NCBI GenBank assembly: GCA_964487115.1
Contig: CAZAPD010000055.1
Coordinates: 1-40,164, forward strand
DNA length: 40,164 nucleotides
DNA from: an uncultured Thermococci archaeon
GTDB lineage: Archaea; Methanobacteriota_B; Thermococci; Thermococcales; Thermococcaceae
Direction: 5' to 3'
Made by a program: the position numbers and the translations under genes. The notes under the pieces were generated by a model. The model did no database searches and was not told the DNA's origin. It worked only from the letters and a program-made list of their open reading frames with translations. Shown piece after piece: positions 39,262-40,164 of this stretch (position 1 is the stretch's first letter; the number at the start of each line of letters is the position of its first letter).

Positions 39262-40164
39262 GCTCATTAATGTTCCATCCCTCACTACAATCCAAGACCT
39301 TGGAAGATACGGCTACCAGAAGTTTGGAATCCCCGTTAGCGGAGTCATGGACGAAGTGAGTGCGCGCTTGGCTAACTACCTTGTTGGGAATCATGACAAC
39401 GCTCCCTTAATCGAATTTGTCTTAAAAGGTCCCACGATAAGATTTCGCTCCTCAGCAGTTTTTGCAGTTGCTGGAGATGTTGAAGTCAAGCTCAATGGGG
39501 TTCCTATTGAGCCTTGGCAGAGCCATTGGGCTAAGCGGGGAGATGTTCTTGAGATAGGAACTCTAAAGAGCGGGGTTTATGGATATGTAGCATTCGCTGG
39601 TGGAATTTTATGTGATAAAATCCTCGGAAGCTGCTCAACTTATTTGAGGGCAAAGCTTGGGAGAGCTTTGAAGCAGGGAGATAAGCTCAAGCTTGGATAT
39701 GCAATTCTGACAGGGAAAGAAGGGAAAGTTCTGCCAGAACCATTAATCCCACGCTACTCAAACGAAAGCGAAATTAGAGTGATTCTGGGCCCTCAGCTTG
39801 AGCATTTCACAGAAAAAGGTATTGAAACCTTTCTAAGCTCAACTTATGAGGTCACGCCAAATTCAGACAGAATGGGCTACCGCTTAGAAGGTCCAGAGAT
39901 AGAGCACTCCGAAAAAGGGGCGGACATAATCACCGATGCAATTCCTTTGGGAGCTATTCAGGTTCCAGCCAACGGGAAGCCAATAATCATGCTCGCTGAC
40001 AGACAGACAACGGGAGGTTATGCAAAAATTGGGGTAGTTGCAAGAGTTGATGTGCCAAAGGTTGCCCAGACGAGAGCGGGAGGAAAGCTGAGGTTTAAAG
40101 CAATAGATGTGGAAGAAGCACAGCAATTATTGGAAAGAAGGGAGAAAACACTAAAAGCAGTTGA
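39254..40164 (+). CDS. pxpC: 5-oxoprolinase subunit C (KipA), truncated by the window end
   Basis: Not in the ORF track. MIELINVPSLTTIQDLGRYG...SGVMD...SDRMGYRL...GAIQVP...DRQTTGGYAKIG; open to the end. Confidence 0.93.
   Translation, partial: MIELINVPSLTTIQDLGRYGYQKFGIPVSGVMDEVSARLANYLVGNHDNAPLIEFVLKGPTIRFRSSAVFAVAGDVEVKLNGVPIEPWQSHWAKRGDVLEIGTLKSGVYGYVAFAGGILCDKILGSCSTYLRAKLGRALKQGDKLKLGYAILTGKEGKVLPEPLIPRYSNESEIRVILGPQLEHFTEKGIETFLSSTYEVTPNSDRMGYRLEGPEIEHSEKGADIITDAIPLGAIQVPANGKPIIMLADRQTTGGYAKIGVVARVDVPKVAQTRAGGKLRFKAIDVEEAQQLLERREKTLKAV

Overview
An AT-rich archaeal window that looks like Thermococcales DNA, judged from AMP phosphorylase, GGGP synthase, Nob1, NfeD/stomatin, MinD, an XPD/Rad3 helicase and GGAGGTG/GGTGA ribosome-binding sites. 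The housekeeping backbone is interrupted by two accessory islands. Island 1 (about 1215-6473) carries a MazF/RHH toxin-antitoxin pair and a 1366-aa secreted VWA protein. It is bounded by a 47-bp imperfect duplication of the 3' end of the M42 aminopeptidase gene and has no integrase. Island 2 (19358-24000) is bounded by IS6-type inverted repeats with a 7/8 target-site duplication. Its transposase is split into terminal fragments, and its interior holds an RHH regulator, a beta-class N4C/N6A methyltransferase, an MjaI-family restriction endonuclease and an uncharacterised EVE/PUA-like + PD-(D/E)XK protein (a candidate modification-dependent nuclease). It also holds two ~60-bp MITEs and a GTTA(T/C)-rich repeat tract. 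Every CTAG site I found by eye lies in these two islands. Two guide RNAs lie between genes: an H/ACA RNA (9551-9620, minus) and a C/D box RNA (25869-25925) whose D guide targets C34 of a CAU anticodon. The right end is a ~10.6-kb cyclic-amide catabolism region: DUF917, hydantoinase A-like, NCS1 permease, two racemase-superfamily enzymes, Lrp, NRAMP/YcsG and pxpABC, with a VapBC pair between pxpA and pxpB. All family assignments come from motif recognition, not database searches.
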